A model generated the notes under the pieces. That model ran no database searches. It was not told where the DNA came from and was given only the letters and a program-made list of their open reading frames with translations. Shown here in pieces: positions 25,765 to 35,036 of a stretch of DNA of 64,000 nucleotides. Source of the DNA: an uncultured Eubacteriales bacterium. GTDB taxonomy: Bacteria; Bacillota; Clostridia; Oscillospirales; CAG-382. The stretch spans positions 25-64,024 of the forward strand of contig URJL01000007.1 of NCBI GenBank assembly GCA_900548115.1, read 5' to 3'. The number at the start of each line of letters is the position of its first letter. Position 1 is the stretch's first letter. The translations under genes and the position numbers were made by a program.

Positions 25765-25817
25765 TTAAAAAATCAATTCGATTAAAGTCTAAAATTAAAG
25801 TCTAAGGAGAGAAAACG

Positions 25818-27044
25818 ATGACGGTTTTTGAAGAATTAAAGGCGAGAGGGCTTATTGCTCAGTGTACCGACGAGGAGGAAATCCGCGAGCTTGTCGATAA
25901 CGGAAAAGCGACCTTCTATATCGGCTTTGACCCGACGGCGGACAGCCTTCACGTCGGTCATTTCATGGCGCTTTGCCTGATGAAGCGGCTGCAGATGGCG
26001 GGCAACAAGCCGGTCGTTCTGATCGGCGGCGGAACGGGCATGATCGGCGACCCCTCGGGACGCAGTGACCTGCGCAAGGTCCTGACCAAGGAGGATATCC
26101 GTCACAACTGCGATTGCTTCCGCAAGCAGATGTCCCGCTTTATCGATTTCAGCGAGGGAAAAGCGATCATGGTCGACAACGCCGATTGGCTTCTCGACCT
26201 CAATTATGTCGATCTTCTGCGTGAGGTGGGCGCCTGCTTCTCGGTAAACAACATGCTGCGCGCCGAGTGTTATAAGCAGCGCATGGCAAACGGTCTTTCG
26301 TTCCTGGAATTCAACTATATGATCATGCAGTCGTACGACTTTTACTATCTGTATCAGCACTACGGATGCAATATGCAGTTCGGCGGCGACGACCAGTGGT
26401 CGAACATGCTCGGCGGAACCGAGCTTATCCGCCGCAAGCTCGGCAAGGACGCGTATGCCATGACCATTACGCTCCTGCTCAATTCCGAAGGCAAAAAGAT
26501 GGGCAAGACCGCGTCGGGCGCGGTTTGGCTCGACCCGAACAAAACAAGTCCTTTCGACTTTTATCAATATTGGCGCAATGTCGGCGACGCGGATGTGCTG
26601 AAATGTATCCGTATGCTGACCTTCCTCCCGATCGAGCAGATCGAAGAAATGGCAAACTGGGAGGGTGCAAAGCTGAACGAGGCAAAGGATGTTTTGGCGT
26701 ATGAGTTGACGAGCCTCGTCCACGGCGAAGAGGAAGCAAACAAGGCGCGGGAAGCCTCCCGTGCGCTCTTCTCGGGAGCGGGAAGCTTGGATAACATGCC
26801 CACTGCCGAGCTTACCGAAGCCGATTTTATCGACGGCACCATCACCATTGTCAACATCCTTTCGAAAGCAAAGCTCGTTCCCTCCAATTCCGAGGGCAGA
26901 AGAGCGGTCGAGCAGGGCGGCGTTACCGTCAACGGTGAAAAGATCGACGACGTGAAAAAGACCTACACGGCAAGCGACATCAACGCGGGTGATTTTGTCG
27001 TAAAGCGCGGCAAAAAGAACTTTGCCAAGATCGTGATAAAATAA
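25818..27044 (+). CDS. tyrS: Tyrosine--tRNA ligase
   Basis: AAGGAGAG RBS. It has a HIGH-type motif (PTADSLHVGHF), a KMSKS-type motif (KKMGKT) and a C-terminal S4-like domain (SNSEGRRAVEQGGVTVNGEKI). Confidence 0.95.
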   Translation: MTVFEELKARGLIAQCTDEEEIRELVDNGKATFYIGFDPTADSLHVGHFMALCLMKRLQMAGNKPVVLIGGGTGMIGDPSGRSDLRKVLTKEDIRHNCDCFRKQMSRFIDFSEGKAIMVDNADWLLDLNYVDLLREVGACFSVNNMLRAECYKQRMANGLSFLEFNYMIMQSYDFYYLYQHYGCNMQFGGDDQWSNMLGGTELIRRKLGKDAYAMTITLLLNSEGKKMGKTASGAVWLDPNKTSPFDFYQYWRNVGDADVLKCIRMLTFLPIEQIEEMANWEGAKLNEAKDVLAYELTSLVHGEEEANKAREASRALFSGAGSLDNMPTAELTEADFIDGTITIVNILSKAKLVPSNSEGRRAVEQGGVTVNGEKIDDVKKTYTASDINAGDFVVKRGKKNFAKIVIK

Positions 27045-27076
27045 GCAGCGTGGGTTTGTACTCCGATTTAACAAAA

Positions 27077-27103
27077 AAAGAGCTCGGTCAAACCGAGCTC
27101 TTT
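27077..27103. terminator. Terminator after tyrS
   Basis: aaaaAAAGAGCTCGGtcaaaCCGAGCTCTTTtcggtctttt. Confidence 0.8.
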
Positions 27104-27194
27104 TCGGTCTTTTGCGCTTTTGCCGTGCTTTTTCGATTTTTGTGCTGCCGAAAAAGCGTTTTGAATATTTCCCGAAGCATTTCAAAACACAGAA

Positions 27195-27249
27195 AAAGCC
27201 CGGCGGGGAGAGTCGTTTTTGCGGACTCGTTCGATCCCCGGGGGCTTTT
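27195..27249 (-). terminator. Long hairpin terminator after the P-type-ATPase-like gene
   Basis: On the minus strand: AAAAAGCCCCCGGGGA...(inner GAGTC/GACTC stem)...TCCCCGCCGGGCTTTTT followed by CTGTGTTTTG. Confidence 0.5.
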
Positions 27250-27256
27250 TGCTTTT

Positions 27257-29761
27257 TTACTTTACCGAGAGCTTGGTCACGACCAAAATCGGAATCAGCC
27301 AGAAAATCTGCATCAGCAGAACGGCAACGGGGCTGATGATGCTGCTTCCGCCAAGAAGCATGAGCAGCGACAGAAAAAGCCCGATCGCAAAAGCGACGGT
27401 TTTAACAAGTCCCGTCACACGCAGAACGCTCTTCATACGGCGAACCAAAAGGAACGACTGGATCAGCGAATGTTCGCCCGATGCCGAGACAAGGCCCGAC
27501 GACAGAGCCGATTCCTCGTGGTCGATCTCCTCGGGGCTTTGCGCCTTTACAACGCTGAACAGGCATTCGGGACGGCGCAGACTTGCGCGGATGAAATCGT
27601 TATTGATACACGGATCCATCGTTTTGATGCGCGCGCAGATGCCCTGTGTGTAAAGACTGCGCAGAACCGATTCGAAGCCCGCGCTGAGCGCGTATTTTAC
27701 ATAAAATTTCGCCATAATGCGACTGAACGAGGCAAGATACAAAATTGCTCCGTTTGTCTGACGGAAGGAGACATCGGCATTTTCTCCCGTCACCTCAAAA
27801 TTGTTTTCCGCCATATAGCTTGCCGTTCCGATATAAATGTTTTCGCCGTCGACCTTCATCCAAAGTCCGTCGGGTGCGACGTCGATGATGCTTACATTGT
27901 CATTTTCAAGCGTGATACCCGAGATTGAGCTCATAAAGACCGAAGAAAGAGGTCCGCCGATCTTGCCGAAAATGCGTGCCATCGTGACGATCATGGTGTC
28001 GATGCGCGTATCGCCGTAGGTGCGGATGTTGGTAACGCGCACATCCTTGGGCGAAAAAACCTCGGTGTCCTTAAAGGAAATGACCGAAACATTGTCGTAT
28101 TCGTCGCAAAGATCATGTCCGATAAAAGCGCATTTGCGACGTGCGGCACGGTCGGCAAAGGCGGCTTCGGGAATGACCGTCGAAACGAGAGCACAGGTCT
28201 GGATCGAAGCCATGAAGACCGAAAAGGCGCCGCAAAGAGAAGAAAGCAGCTCTTTGTTGAAAATATAGTAAAGTGCCCCGCCGACGACCGACGCGATCAG
28301 CGCAATCGAAATCAGCGTGCCGACACTGCGGTCGGACGGAGCGGGCTTGCAGGAGCGCGCGAAGAAGTGTTCGACAAAATCCGTTTTGCGCACATCCAGC
28401 ACCGTCGAGCCTTCGGGAACAAATTTCACGATCTCATCCGAGGTCGGCTCGCCCGAAGCGGTGATATCCTTAAAGCCTACTTTTTCGCCCTCCGCCGAAA
28501 CAATGCGGAACGCCATATATTCGGTGCGCGCCCGCGCAAAATCGGCGATCGCAAGAAGCAGGATCGAGAAGCAGGCGGTCGAGCATAGAAGGGGAAGGAC
28601 GGTCTGCGTCGAAGCAAAGGCTGCGGTAAGAATCGTATGTAAGCTTGCGGCGAGAACCGAAACAAAGGCGACCGCCTCCGACGAGGGGTGCTTGCGGCTC
28701 AGCGCCGACGCGCCCTTCAGAATGCTGTTCAGCTTAACCATAACGGCAAAAAACAGGATCTGGAGATCAAAAAGGGCAAATACCTTGCCGAAGCGTCCCG
28801 GCTCCAGCGCCTTCGGGTGCGGAAGTCCGATCGAAGGAGCAAGTTCGGTATAAACGCTCAGAAAGAAAATGATCAAAACCGCGATCAGCGAAAGGCAGCT
28901 TAACAGAAGCTTTCGGCGCAAAAAGCCGCGCTGTTCCTCAGGGTCGCTCTCGGTCGTGTATTCGAAAGCGGGCGTGAAATAGCGGCTGTCTCCTTCAATG
29001 CGCTCGCCGTTTTCGTCAAAGCGGCGAGAGCGGGATTGCTTTTCGCCCGAAGACTTTACCCGTTCGTTTTCAAAAACGCTCGCTCCGTCTTCGGGAATGA
29101 CGGAATCGTCGGACTCTGCTTTCCTTTTATTTTTCCTTGCAAAAAGGTCGTAGCCGTCCTGCTGAAATGCGCGCCGAAGCGTCTCATTATCGATGGCTTT
29201 GCGGCTGTGACGGCCGTGCTTCTTTTCGTCTTCGTTCGTTTCTTCTTCGTTTTCCTCATTTTTTTCGGAACCTTCCTCTTCGGTTTCCGAGACGGAAAAC
29301 TCTCTTGTCTTGTCTGAACCGGTCTCGCTCTCCCCGACCGACACCGACTCTTTTTCGGTATCCGGAAGCTCGCATGTCGCCGCTTCGGCTTCCTGCGCTT
29401 CAAAATTGCGCGAAATTTCGCTCATGATGTCGTGTTTATGCTCGATGAGCTGCTCGGAGTCGGCTTTATTTTCGGAAAGGTCTTTGCCTTCTTCGTTGTC
29501 CGAAAGGATTTTCATATCGCTGTCGTCGGGCTCTTCCGCACGTTCTTCGATCGAATGCTTCAATTCCTCTTCGATCTCCTTCCAATCCCGTGCCGTGTCC
29601 TTTTCTTCTGCGGTCTTTTGGGCGTTCTCGCGGGCTTTGATCGAAGCTTTTTTGGCATCGTATTCTTTTAAAATGCTCTCAAGCGTGATCTTTTCCTCCG
29701 CCCCTTCAGCTTCGGAAGAGATTTTCGTTCCGATGCCGTCGGTCTTTTCGTTGTTCGGCAT
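27257..29761 (-). CDS. P-type-ATPase-like membrane protein with degenerate catalytic motifs and a ~290-aa acidic low-complexity N-terminus
   Basis: ATG 29761 has GGAGGG 8 nt upstream; the track start is 29782. Order and spacing mimic a P1B ATPase: QTCALVSTVIPEA sits where CPC/ATP would be. NVSVISFKDTEVFS sits where VVFDKTGTLT would be. VAPDGLWMKVDGENIYIGTASYMAENNF resembles the N-domain. ICARIKTMDPCINNDF sits where MLTGDN would be. The tail is LVRRMKSVLRVTGLVKTVAFAIG. Confidence 0.6.
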   Translation of the reverse strand: MPNNEKTDGIGTKISSEAEGAEEKITLESILKEYDAKKASIKARENAQKTAEEKDTARDWKEIEEELKHSIEERAEEPDDSDMKILSDNEEGKDLSENKADSEQLIEHKHDIMSEISRNFEAQEAEAATCELPDTEKESVSVGESETGSDKTREFSVSETEEEGSEKNEENEEETNEDEKKHGRHSRKAIDNETLRRAFQQDGYDLFARKNKRKAESDDSVIPEDGASVFENERVKSSGEKQSRSRRFDENGERIEGDSRYFTPAFEYTTESDPEEQRGFLRRKLLLSCLSLIAVLIIFFLSVYTELAPSIGLPHPKALEPGRFGKVFALFDLQILFFAVMVKLNSILKGASALSRKHPSSEAVAFVSVLAASLHTILTAAFASTQTVLPLLCSTACFSILLLAIADFARARTEYMAFRIVSAEGEKVGFKDITASGEPTSDEIVKFVPEGSTVLDVRKTDFVEHFFARSCKPAPSDRSVGTLISIALIASVVGGALYYIFNKELLSSLCGAFSVFMASIQTCALVSTVIPEAAFADRAARRKCAFIGHDLCDEYDNVSVISFKDTEVFSPKDVRVTNIRTYGDTRIDTMIVTMARIFGKIGGPLSSVFMSSISGITLENDNVSIIDVAPDGLWMKVDGENIYIGTASYMAENNFEVTGENADVSFRQTNGAILYLASFSRIMAKFYVKYALSAGFESVLRSLYTQGICARIKTMDPCINNDFIRASLRRPECLFSVVKAQSPEEIDHEESALSSGLVSASGEHSLIQSFLLVRRMKSVLRVTGLVKTVAFAIGLFLSLLMLLGGSSIISPVAVLLMQIFWLIPILVVTKLSVK

Positions 29762-29782
29762 TTTTTCTACCCTCCGATTCAT

Positions 29783-30673
29783 TTAAGCTTGCGCGCTTCT
29801 CTGTCGAACCGCTTCGTATAAAACCACAGCCGCCGCCGTGGAAACGTTCAGAGAATTCACCTTGCCCAGCATGGGGATGGAGACGATGAAATCGCTGTTT
29901 TTCTTTACGATATCCGAAATGCCGTATTCCTCACTGCCCACGATGATCGCGGCGGGGACGGTCATATCGGCTTTGGTATAATCGGTGCCCTCGGCTTCGG
30001 CGGCAAATATCCAAAGTCCGCGCTCCTTGAGCTTGCGGATCGTATCGGAAATGTTCGAGCATTTGGCGACCGCCATATGCTCAAGCGCGCCTGCCGAAGC
30101 TTTTGCCACGGCGGGAGTCGCCCCCGCGGCGCGGCGCTTGGGAATGATAACGCCGTGTGCGCCCGCGCCCTCGGCACAGCGGATGATCGCGCCGAGATTG
30201 TGCGGATCGGAAACGCCGTCGGCAATGACGATGAGCGGTTTTTCGCCGCGCTCTTCGGCGATGGCGAGAATATCCTCGATCGAGCAATATTCCTTTTCCG
30301 ACGCGATGGCGACGATACCTTGATGCTGCTCGTAGCCGCACAGGGTGTCGAGCTTTTCTTTTTCGACTTCAATGACGGGGATCTTGCGGTTGATCGCTTC
30401 GGAAACCAAAACGGTGATCGAGCCTTCGCGGTCGCCCTTGCGGACGAAAATCTTATCGATGGCCTTGCCGCTCTTTAAAAGCTCACGTACGGCGTTGCGT
30501 CCCGGGATCGCGCCGTTGTTGTAATCCTCGCTTTTTTCCTTTTCTCGGCTGTCAAAGCCTGCCGATTCCTTCTTTGCGGGACGTGCGGAGCGGCGGTCGG
30601 CGTTTGCGCTGCGATAGGGCGGCTTTGTTCCTTTTTTGTATTTGTCTTTTGCGGGTTTGTTTCTATTGTACAT
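29783..30673 (-). CDS. rlmB: 23S rRNA (guanosine-2'-O)-methyltransferase RlmB (SpoU/TrmH family)
   Basis: A basic N-terminal extension precedes GRNAVRELLKSG, GVSDPHNLGAIIRCAEGAGAHGVI, and IVGSEEYGIS...IPMLGKVNSLNVSTAAAVVLYE (the SPOUT knot). Confidence 0.85.
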   Translation of the reverse strand: MYNRNKPAKDKYKKGTKPPYRSANADRRSARPAKKESAGFDSREKEKSEDYNNGAIPGRNAVRELLKSGKAIDKIFVRKGDREGSITVLVSEAINRKIPVIEVEKEKLDTLCGYEQHQGIVAIASEKEYCSIEDILAIAEERGEKPLIVIADGVSDPHNLGAIIRCAEGAGAHGVIIPKRRAAGATPAVAKASAGALEHMAVAKCSNISDTIRKLKERGLWIFAAEAEGTDYTKADMTVPAAIIVGSEEYGISDIVKKNSDFIVSIPMLGKVNSLNVSTAAAVVLYEAVRQRSAQA

Positions 30674-30950
30674 GCGAAAGAAGATCCTTTCCGAAAAAAT
30701 GCGGACGGCTGAAAAAGCATCTTGCGTTTTCGCGTCCCTAATGCTGCCGCCCGAAAACGGTGTATCGACAGCACAACATTCGATATTCTATTTCATTTTA
30801 CCACAAAAACAACGATTTGTATAGATGCTTTTTGATTTTTTACGGAATTTTCCGAAAAAATCGGCATTTTTCGGCGGAAAAAATTGCAATAGAGGGAAAA
30901 ATAACACAAACGAGTGAAAAAAACGGTTCAAATCGTCGAAACGACAAAAT

Positions 30951-30978
30951 GAGGGGCAATGCCGAAGCACCGCCCCTC
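30951..30978 (-). terminator. Intrinsic terminator after the DUF4349 gene
   Basis: On the minus strand: GAGGGGC-N14-GCCCCTC followed by ATTTTGTCGTTT. Confidence 0.6.
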
Positions 30979-31016
30979 ACCGAGAGAAGAAAGAAATATA
31001 GGAAAACAAGCAAGGT

Positions 31017-32069
31017 TCACTGTTCAGTCCGAGTATCCTTCTCCTCTGCGGGAGCAGTCGGAACCGAAGCGGAAGCGTTCATCGCGGAATTTTTCGCCGC
31101 GCGGCGCTTTTTTCTCTTTTTGCGAAGAACAAGAATTAGAACAAGCAATACGATCAGGATAGGAAGCCAGACACACAACAGAACGGGAAGGACATAGACC
31201 GCCTCGACCGCAAAGTCTGAAAGTCCGTCGCAAAAGGACTGCCAACCGCGCTCAAGCGAGAGAGAAAGACGAGTCGAAAGACTCTGTTTGTCGGAATCGG
31301 GCAATATATCGGTTCGAACCTCGGTTATCGAGATCGTCGCCGTCGAATAGGAAATGAGCGAATCCAGCTTTTTCAATTCACCCGTCATGCTTTCGATCTC
31401 GTAACGCACGTCCGAAAGCTCGCGCTCCAAAAGGAGAACATCGTCCAAGGTGTCGGCTTTTTCCAATATGGCGAGAAGCCGTTCCTCGCGAAGTCGGGCG
31501 CTGTCGAGACGTGCCTGTGTATCAAAATACTGTTCGGTTACATCGCGGTTGTTTTCGCCCGAACCCGTGACCGTGCCGAGCGTGCCTGCACTTTCGAGAA
31601 ATTCCGTATAATGCTCGTTCGGAACACGAACGGTGTAATTTGCGTACCGATTGGAGTAGGTCTTTTCACCGTAGCTCTGCGCACTTTCAAAATACGCTCC
31701 GTATTTTTTGCACAGCGCGTTCAGCTTTTCGATCGCCGCGTCGTATTCCTTGGTGCTGATATCAAACCAGGAGGAATAGATGATTTTGCGCGTTTCGTGA
31801 GAAAAACCGGTTGAAGGGATTCCGCTTTCGTATTCGCTTTCCGACTGTCCTTCGGAAACGACAGCATTTTCGCCGTCGGCACCGACATCATAGGCGGCGC
31901 TTCTTTCGTAAAAGCCTTCGCCCGCCTCAGACGGAGCGAACGATTTGTCCATGGTGTCGCGAAAAGCGCTTCCGTTTGCCGTTTTGCTTGCGACGGAACA
32001 GGAACAAAGAAGCAGTGCGCTGAGCAGCATGGGAACAGCCTTTGTCAGAAGCGCCGTTTGTTGCTTCAT
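31017..32069 (-). CDS. DUF4349-type lipoprotein with a C-terminal membrane anchor
   Basis: Track ORF trimmed to ATG 32069 (MKQQTALLTKAVPMLLSALLLCSC), preceded by AAAGGAGTG. The core YTVRVPNEHYTEFLE...NNRDVTEQYFDTQARLDSARLREERLLAILEKA...LLLERELSDVRYEIESM matches what I remember of DUF4349. There is a TM helix near the C-terminus. Confidence 0.7.
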   Translation of the reverse strand: MKQQTALLTKAVPMLLSALLLCSCSVASKTANGSAFRDTMDKSFAPSEAGEGFYERSAAYDVGADGENAVVSEGQSESEYESGIPSTGFSHETRKIIYSSWFDISTKEYDAAIEKLNALCKKYGAYFESAQSYGEKTYSNRYANYTVRVPNEHYTEFLESAGTLGTVTGSGENNRDVTEQYFDTQARLDSARLREERLLAILEKADTLDDVLLLERELSDVRYEIESMTGELKKLDSLISYSTATISITEVRTDILPDSDKQSLSTRLSLSLERGWQSFCDGLSDFAVEAVYVLPVLLCVWLPILIVLLVLILVLRKKRKKRRAAKNSAMNASASVPTAPAEEKDTRTEQ

Positions 32070-32272
32070 GGGACTCACTCCTTTCACCTTAAAATCGAAG
32101 TTTTTCTTTCGGTACTTATAAGACGACGGGATTTTCAAAAAGTTCCCAATTTTTAAAAAATTTTTTTCTGCAATAAAAAAATTGACAGAAGAACGAAAAA
32201 CGAGTACAATATGCGGTAGACAAAAGATAAAACAAAAAGCCGAAGCGCATCGCGCGGTCGGCGGGAGACGGT

Positions 32273-33646
32273 ATGGCAGAGATCTTACAGAAAAATCAAA
32301 CATATACTTTTACGGTCGAATCGCTTTGCGGCAACGGAAACGGCGTGGCAAAACATTTCGGCTTTGTCGTTTTTATTCCGAATACCGCGCCGGGCGACGT
32401 TGTGCGGGCAAAGCTGATCAAGCTTACCAAAAGCTACGGCGTCGGAAAGCTTGAAAGCGTTCTTACCCCCTCCCCCGAACGGGCGGAAAGCGGCTGTCCC
32501 GTCGCGGGAAAATGCGGCGGCTGCGGCTTTTGGCATATATCGTATGAGGCGGAAAGCAAAATCAAACGGGCGATGATCGACGACGCGTTCGAGCGGATCG
32601 CCCATATTCCGCTGCGCGTTTCGGATTACCTTGCGGCAAAAGAGCCGACCCGCTATCGAAATAAGGTGATCTATCCCGTCGGCGCCGATAAAGAGGGAAA
32701 GCTTGTCGCGGGCTTCTATGCTCCGTCCTCCCATCGCATCGTGCCCCATGACGATTGCCCGATCGGCCCCGAAATATTCGCAAAAATCCGAGACGCGGTC
32801 CTCTCGGTATGCTCGGAGCACGCTGTTTCGGCATACGACGAAACAAGCGGGAAAGGGCTTCTTCGCGGAATTTATATGCGTATCGGCGACGATGAAAAAG
32901 TGCTGCTGACGCTGATTATAAACGGTGCGTCGCTCGGGAAAGAAGCGGAGCGCGCACTTTGCGAAGCGCTTCCGTCCGTCTTTCCGACCCTTTGCGGCAT
33001 TTTGCTGAACGAGAATACAAACGCGGGCAACGGCGTTCTCGGGGAAAGATTCCGCACCCTTTGGGGACAAAGTTTTCTTGCCGTTTCCCTTTGCGGGAGA
33101 CGCTTCCGCGTCTCGCCCGATGCGTTTTTTCAGGTCAACCCCGCCCAGACCGAACGTCTTTACCGAACGGCGTGCGCCTTTGCCGATGTAAAAGAGGGGG
33201 ACACGCTTTTCGATCTGTATTGCGGCACGGGCACGATCGGCATTTTGGCTGCGAAGGCGGGCGTAAAGCTTTACGGCGTCGAAATTGAAAAAGCGGCAGC
33301 CGAAAACGCCGCCGAAAATGCGCGTGAGAACGGCGTTGAGGGACGGTTTTTGTGCCTGGACGCGGGCGAGGCGCTCGACAGCGACCGCCTGAAAAATCTC
33401 TTGCCCGATGTGATCATCATCGACCCGCCCCGTAAGGGCTGCGGTGCCGAAGCCGCCGAACGCATCGCCGCCCTCGGCGCAAAACGTATCGTTTATATCT
33501 CCTGTAACCCTCAAACCCTTGCCCGCGACCTCGTGACCTTCGCGGAGTGCGGCTATGACGCGAAAAAAGCCGTCGGTGTCGACCTTTTTCCCAGAACGGG
33601 GCATGTTGAGTGCTGTGTACTGCTCTGCCGCGGCAATGAAGAATAA
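32273..33646 (+). CDS. rlmD: 23S rRNA (uracil-C5)-methyltransferase RlmD/RumA family
   Basis: It has an N-terminal TRAM domain, the Fe-S Cys cluster CPVAGKCGGCGF, the SAM motif DLYCGTGTIG and the catalytic region IIIDPPRKG ... YISCNP. Confidence 0.85.
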   Translation: MAEILQKNQTYTFTVESLCGNGNGVAKHFGFVVFIPNTAPGDVVRAKLIKLTKSYGVGKLESVLTPSPERAESGCPVAGKCGGCGFWHISYEAESKIKRAMIDDAFERIAHIPLRVSDYLAAKEPTRYRNKVIYPVGADKEGKLVAGFYAPSSHRIVPHDDCPIGPEIFAKIRDAVLSVCSEHAVSAYDETSGKGLLRGIYMRIGDDEKVLLTLIINGASLGKEAERALCEALPSVFPTLCGILLNENTNAGNGVLGERFRTLWGQSFLAVSLCGRRFRVSPDAFFQVNPAQTERLYRTACAFADVKEGDTLFDLYCGTGTIGILAAKAGVKLYGVEIEKAAAENAAENARENGVEGRFLCLDAGEALDSDRLKNLLPDVIIIDPPRKGCGAEAAERIAALGAKRIVYISCNPQTLARDLVTFAECGYDAKKAVGVDLFPRTGHVECCVLLCRGNEE

Positions 33647-33661
33647 TGCCGAAAATAAAGA

Positions 33662-33690
33662 AAACCGCCGATTCGGCGGTTTTTGTTTTA
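33662..33690 (+). terminator. Intrinsic terminator after rlmD
   Basis: AAACCGCCGattCGGCGGTTT followed by TTGTTTTA. Confidence 0.8.
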
Positions 33691-33860
33691 TGTACTCATT
33701 CGCTGCCGAGTCGTCGGAAATCAGCGGTTTTTTCTCTTATACGGATTCCGTTTGCGGGCGTCGAAAATCTTGCAAAACAAAAAATACCCCACGCAAAAAT
33801 TCGCACGGGGTAAGCGAAGGAGACTTTTCTTTTCAAGAAAACGGTATAAAGCGGGAAAAG

Positions 33861-34943
33861 CTATTGCCCCGCCTCTTTCCGCTTTTTTCTTCTGACCCGA
33901 TTGATGTGCCGTTCAAAGTCGCCGCCGTTTAGTAGCTCGGCGAGGACGTATTGCTCAAAGGTGGGAACGGTACAAGAGTAGAAACCGAGTTTTTCGAAGA
34001 AGGGCTGCACGAGGTGTTTCGGGAGAACCATATATCCGACGCGAAGGGACGGGGAGACGGTTTTGGAAAAGGTATTGAGGTACAGAACATTATCGCTGTC
34101 CGACAGAACAAAGAGCGGTTCGGGGGGCTGGGAAGCGACCGAAAATTCCGAGCCGTAGTCCGATTCGATGATGTAGCGGTTGTTTTTCTGCGCCCAACGG
34201 ATATATTCGTGCCGTTTGGTCGCCGACGCGGTGACACCGCTCGGAAAGCTGCGGTACGGTGTGGTGTGCAAAACGTCGGCGGTCGATTTTCCCAGAGCCG
34301 CACTGTCGATTCCGTCTTCGGAAAGCGGCAAAAGCTCACAGCGGACGTGCGCTGCATGATAGATTTTTTCGATTTTATCGTAGGACGGCGATTCGATGGC
34401 GTAGATCTTGTCACGCCCCAAAAGCTCGACGATCAAACCGTAAAGATATTCCGCTCCCGAGCCGAGAACAATCTGTTCGACCGACACGAAAATGCCACGG
34501 TTGCGGGCAAGATAGCGCCGAATCGCTTCACGTAGGAGAGGAAGCCCCGTGTTCGGCGATTTTTGCAGAATCGCTTCGCCGTAATCGGTCAACACGCGCC
34601 GCATAGTCTTGCTTAAAATGGAAAGCGAAAATTCGCTGTCGGTCGGAATTATGCCCGAAATCGGCTCTTTTCGCACTTCCTCGGGGGTCGAGGCGAAGCC
34701 GTCGTGACTGCGGAAAAGCACAAAATAGCCGCGCCGCATGCGCGCTTCGGCATACCCCTCGTCGCACAAAAGGTCATAAGCGTGCTCGACCGTGATAAGA
34801 CTTACGCCCGTTTCGTCGGCAAGAAGCCGCTTGGACGGGAGCTTTTCGTCGTAAGCATAAACGCCGCCGATAATATCCTCACGAAGCTGTTTATACAATT
34901 GGAGATAAACGGGGCGGTTTGTTTTGTCGATGTTGTATTTCAT
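33861..34943 (-). CDS. MocR/PdxR-like GntR-family regulator (wHTH fused to an aminotransferase-like domain), short form
   Basis: The N-terminus PVYLQLYKQLREDIIGGVYAYDEKLPSKRLLADETGVSLITVEHAYDLLCDEGY is a GntR wHTH. The remainder is type-I aminotransferase-like, with the NTFSKTVSPSLRVGYMV lysine motif. At 360 aa it is shorter than usual for this family. Confidence 0.75.
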   Translation of the reverse strand: MKYNIDKTNRPVYLQLYKQLREDIIGGVYAYDEKLPSKRLLADETGVSLITVEHAYDLLCDEGYAEARMRRGYFVLFRSHDGFASTPEEVRKEPISGIIPTDSEFSLSILSKTMRRVLTDYGEAILQKSPNTGLPLLREAIRRYLARNRGIFVSVEQIVLGSGAEYLYGLIVELLGRDKIYAIESPSYDKIEKIYHAAHVRCELLPLSEDGIDSAALGKSTADVLHTTPYRSFPSGVTASATKRHEYIRWAQKNNRYIIESDYGSEFSVASQPPEPLFVLSDSDNVLYLNTFSKTVSPSLRVGYMVLPKHLVQPFFEKLGFYSCTVPTFEQYVLAELLNGGDFERHINRVRRKKRKEAGQ

Positions 34944-35036
34944 CTGGACTTATACTTTTCTCCGTTTCTGACTATTTTATATTACCAGATAACAGTATAC
35001 AATAAAAGCACAGCAATTGCAAGGGAGAAAAACAAA

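Noticed and set aside
25836-27185. 449-aa minus-strand ORF covering tyrS
   Set aside because: It is an antisense shadow ORF. The same applies to 14509..15756 (potA), 17085..18428 (GH31), 19120..20442 (agcS), 32285..33604 (rlmD), 35672..36682 (galE), 37707..38795 (SLH protein), 49536..50495 (agcS 2) and 58504..59739 (DUF4340-like). All lack SD sites and have Arg/Gly/Asp-rich junk translations opposite genes with clear family motifs.
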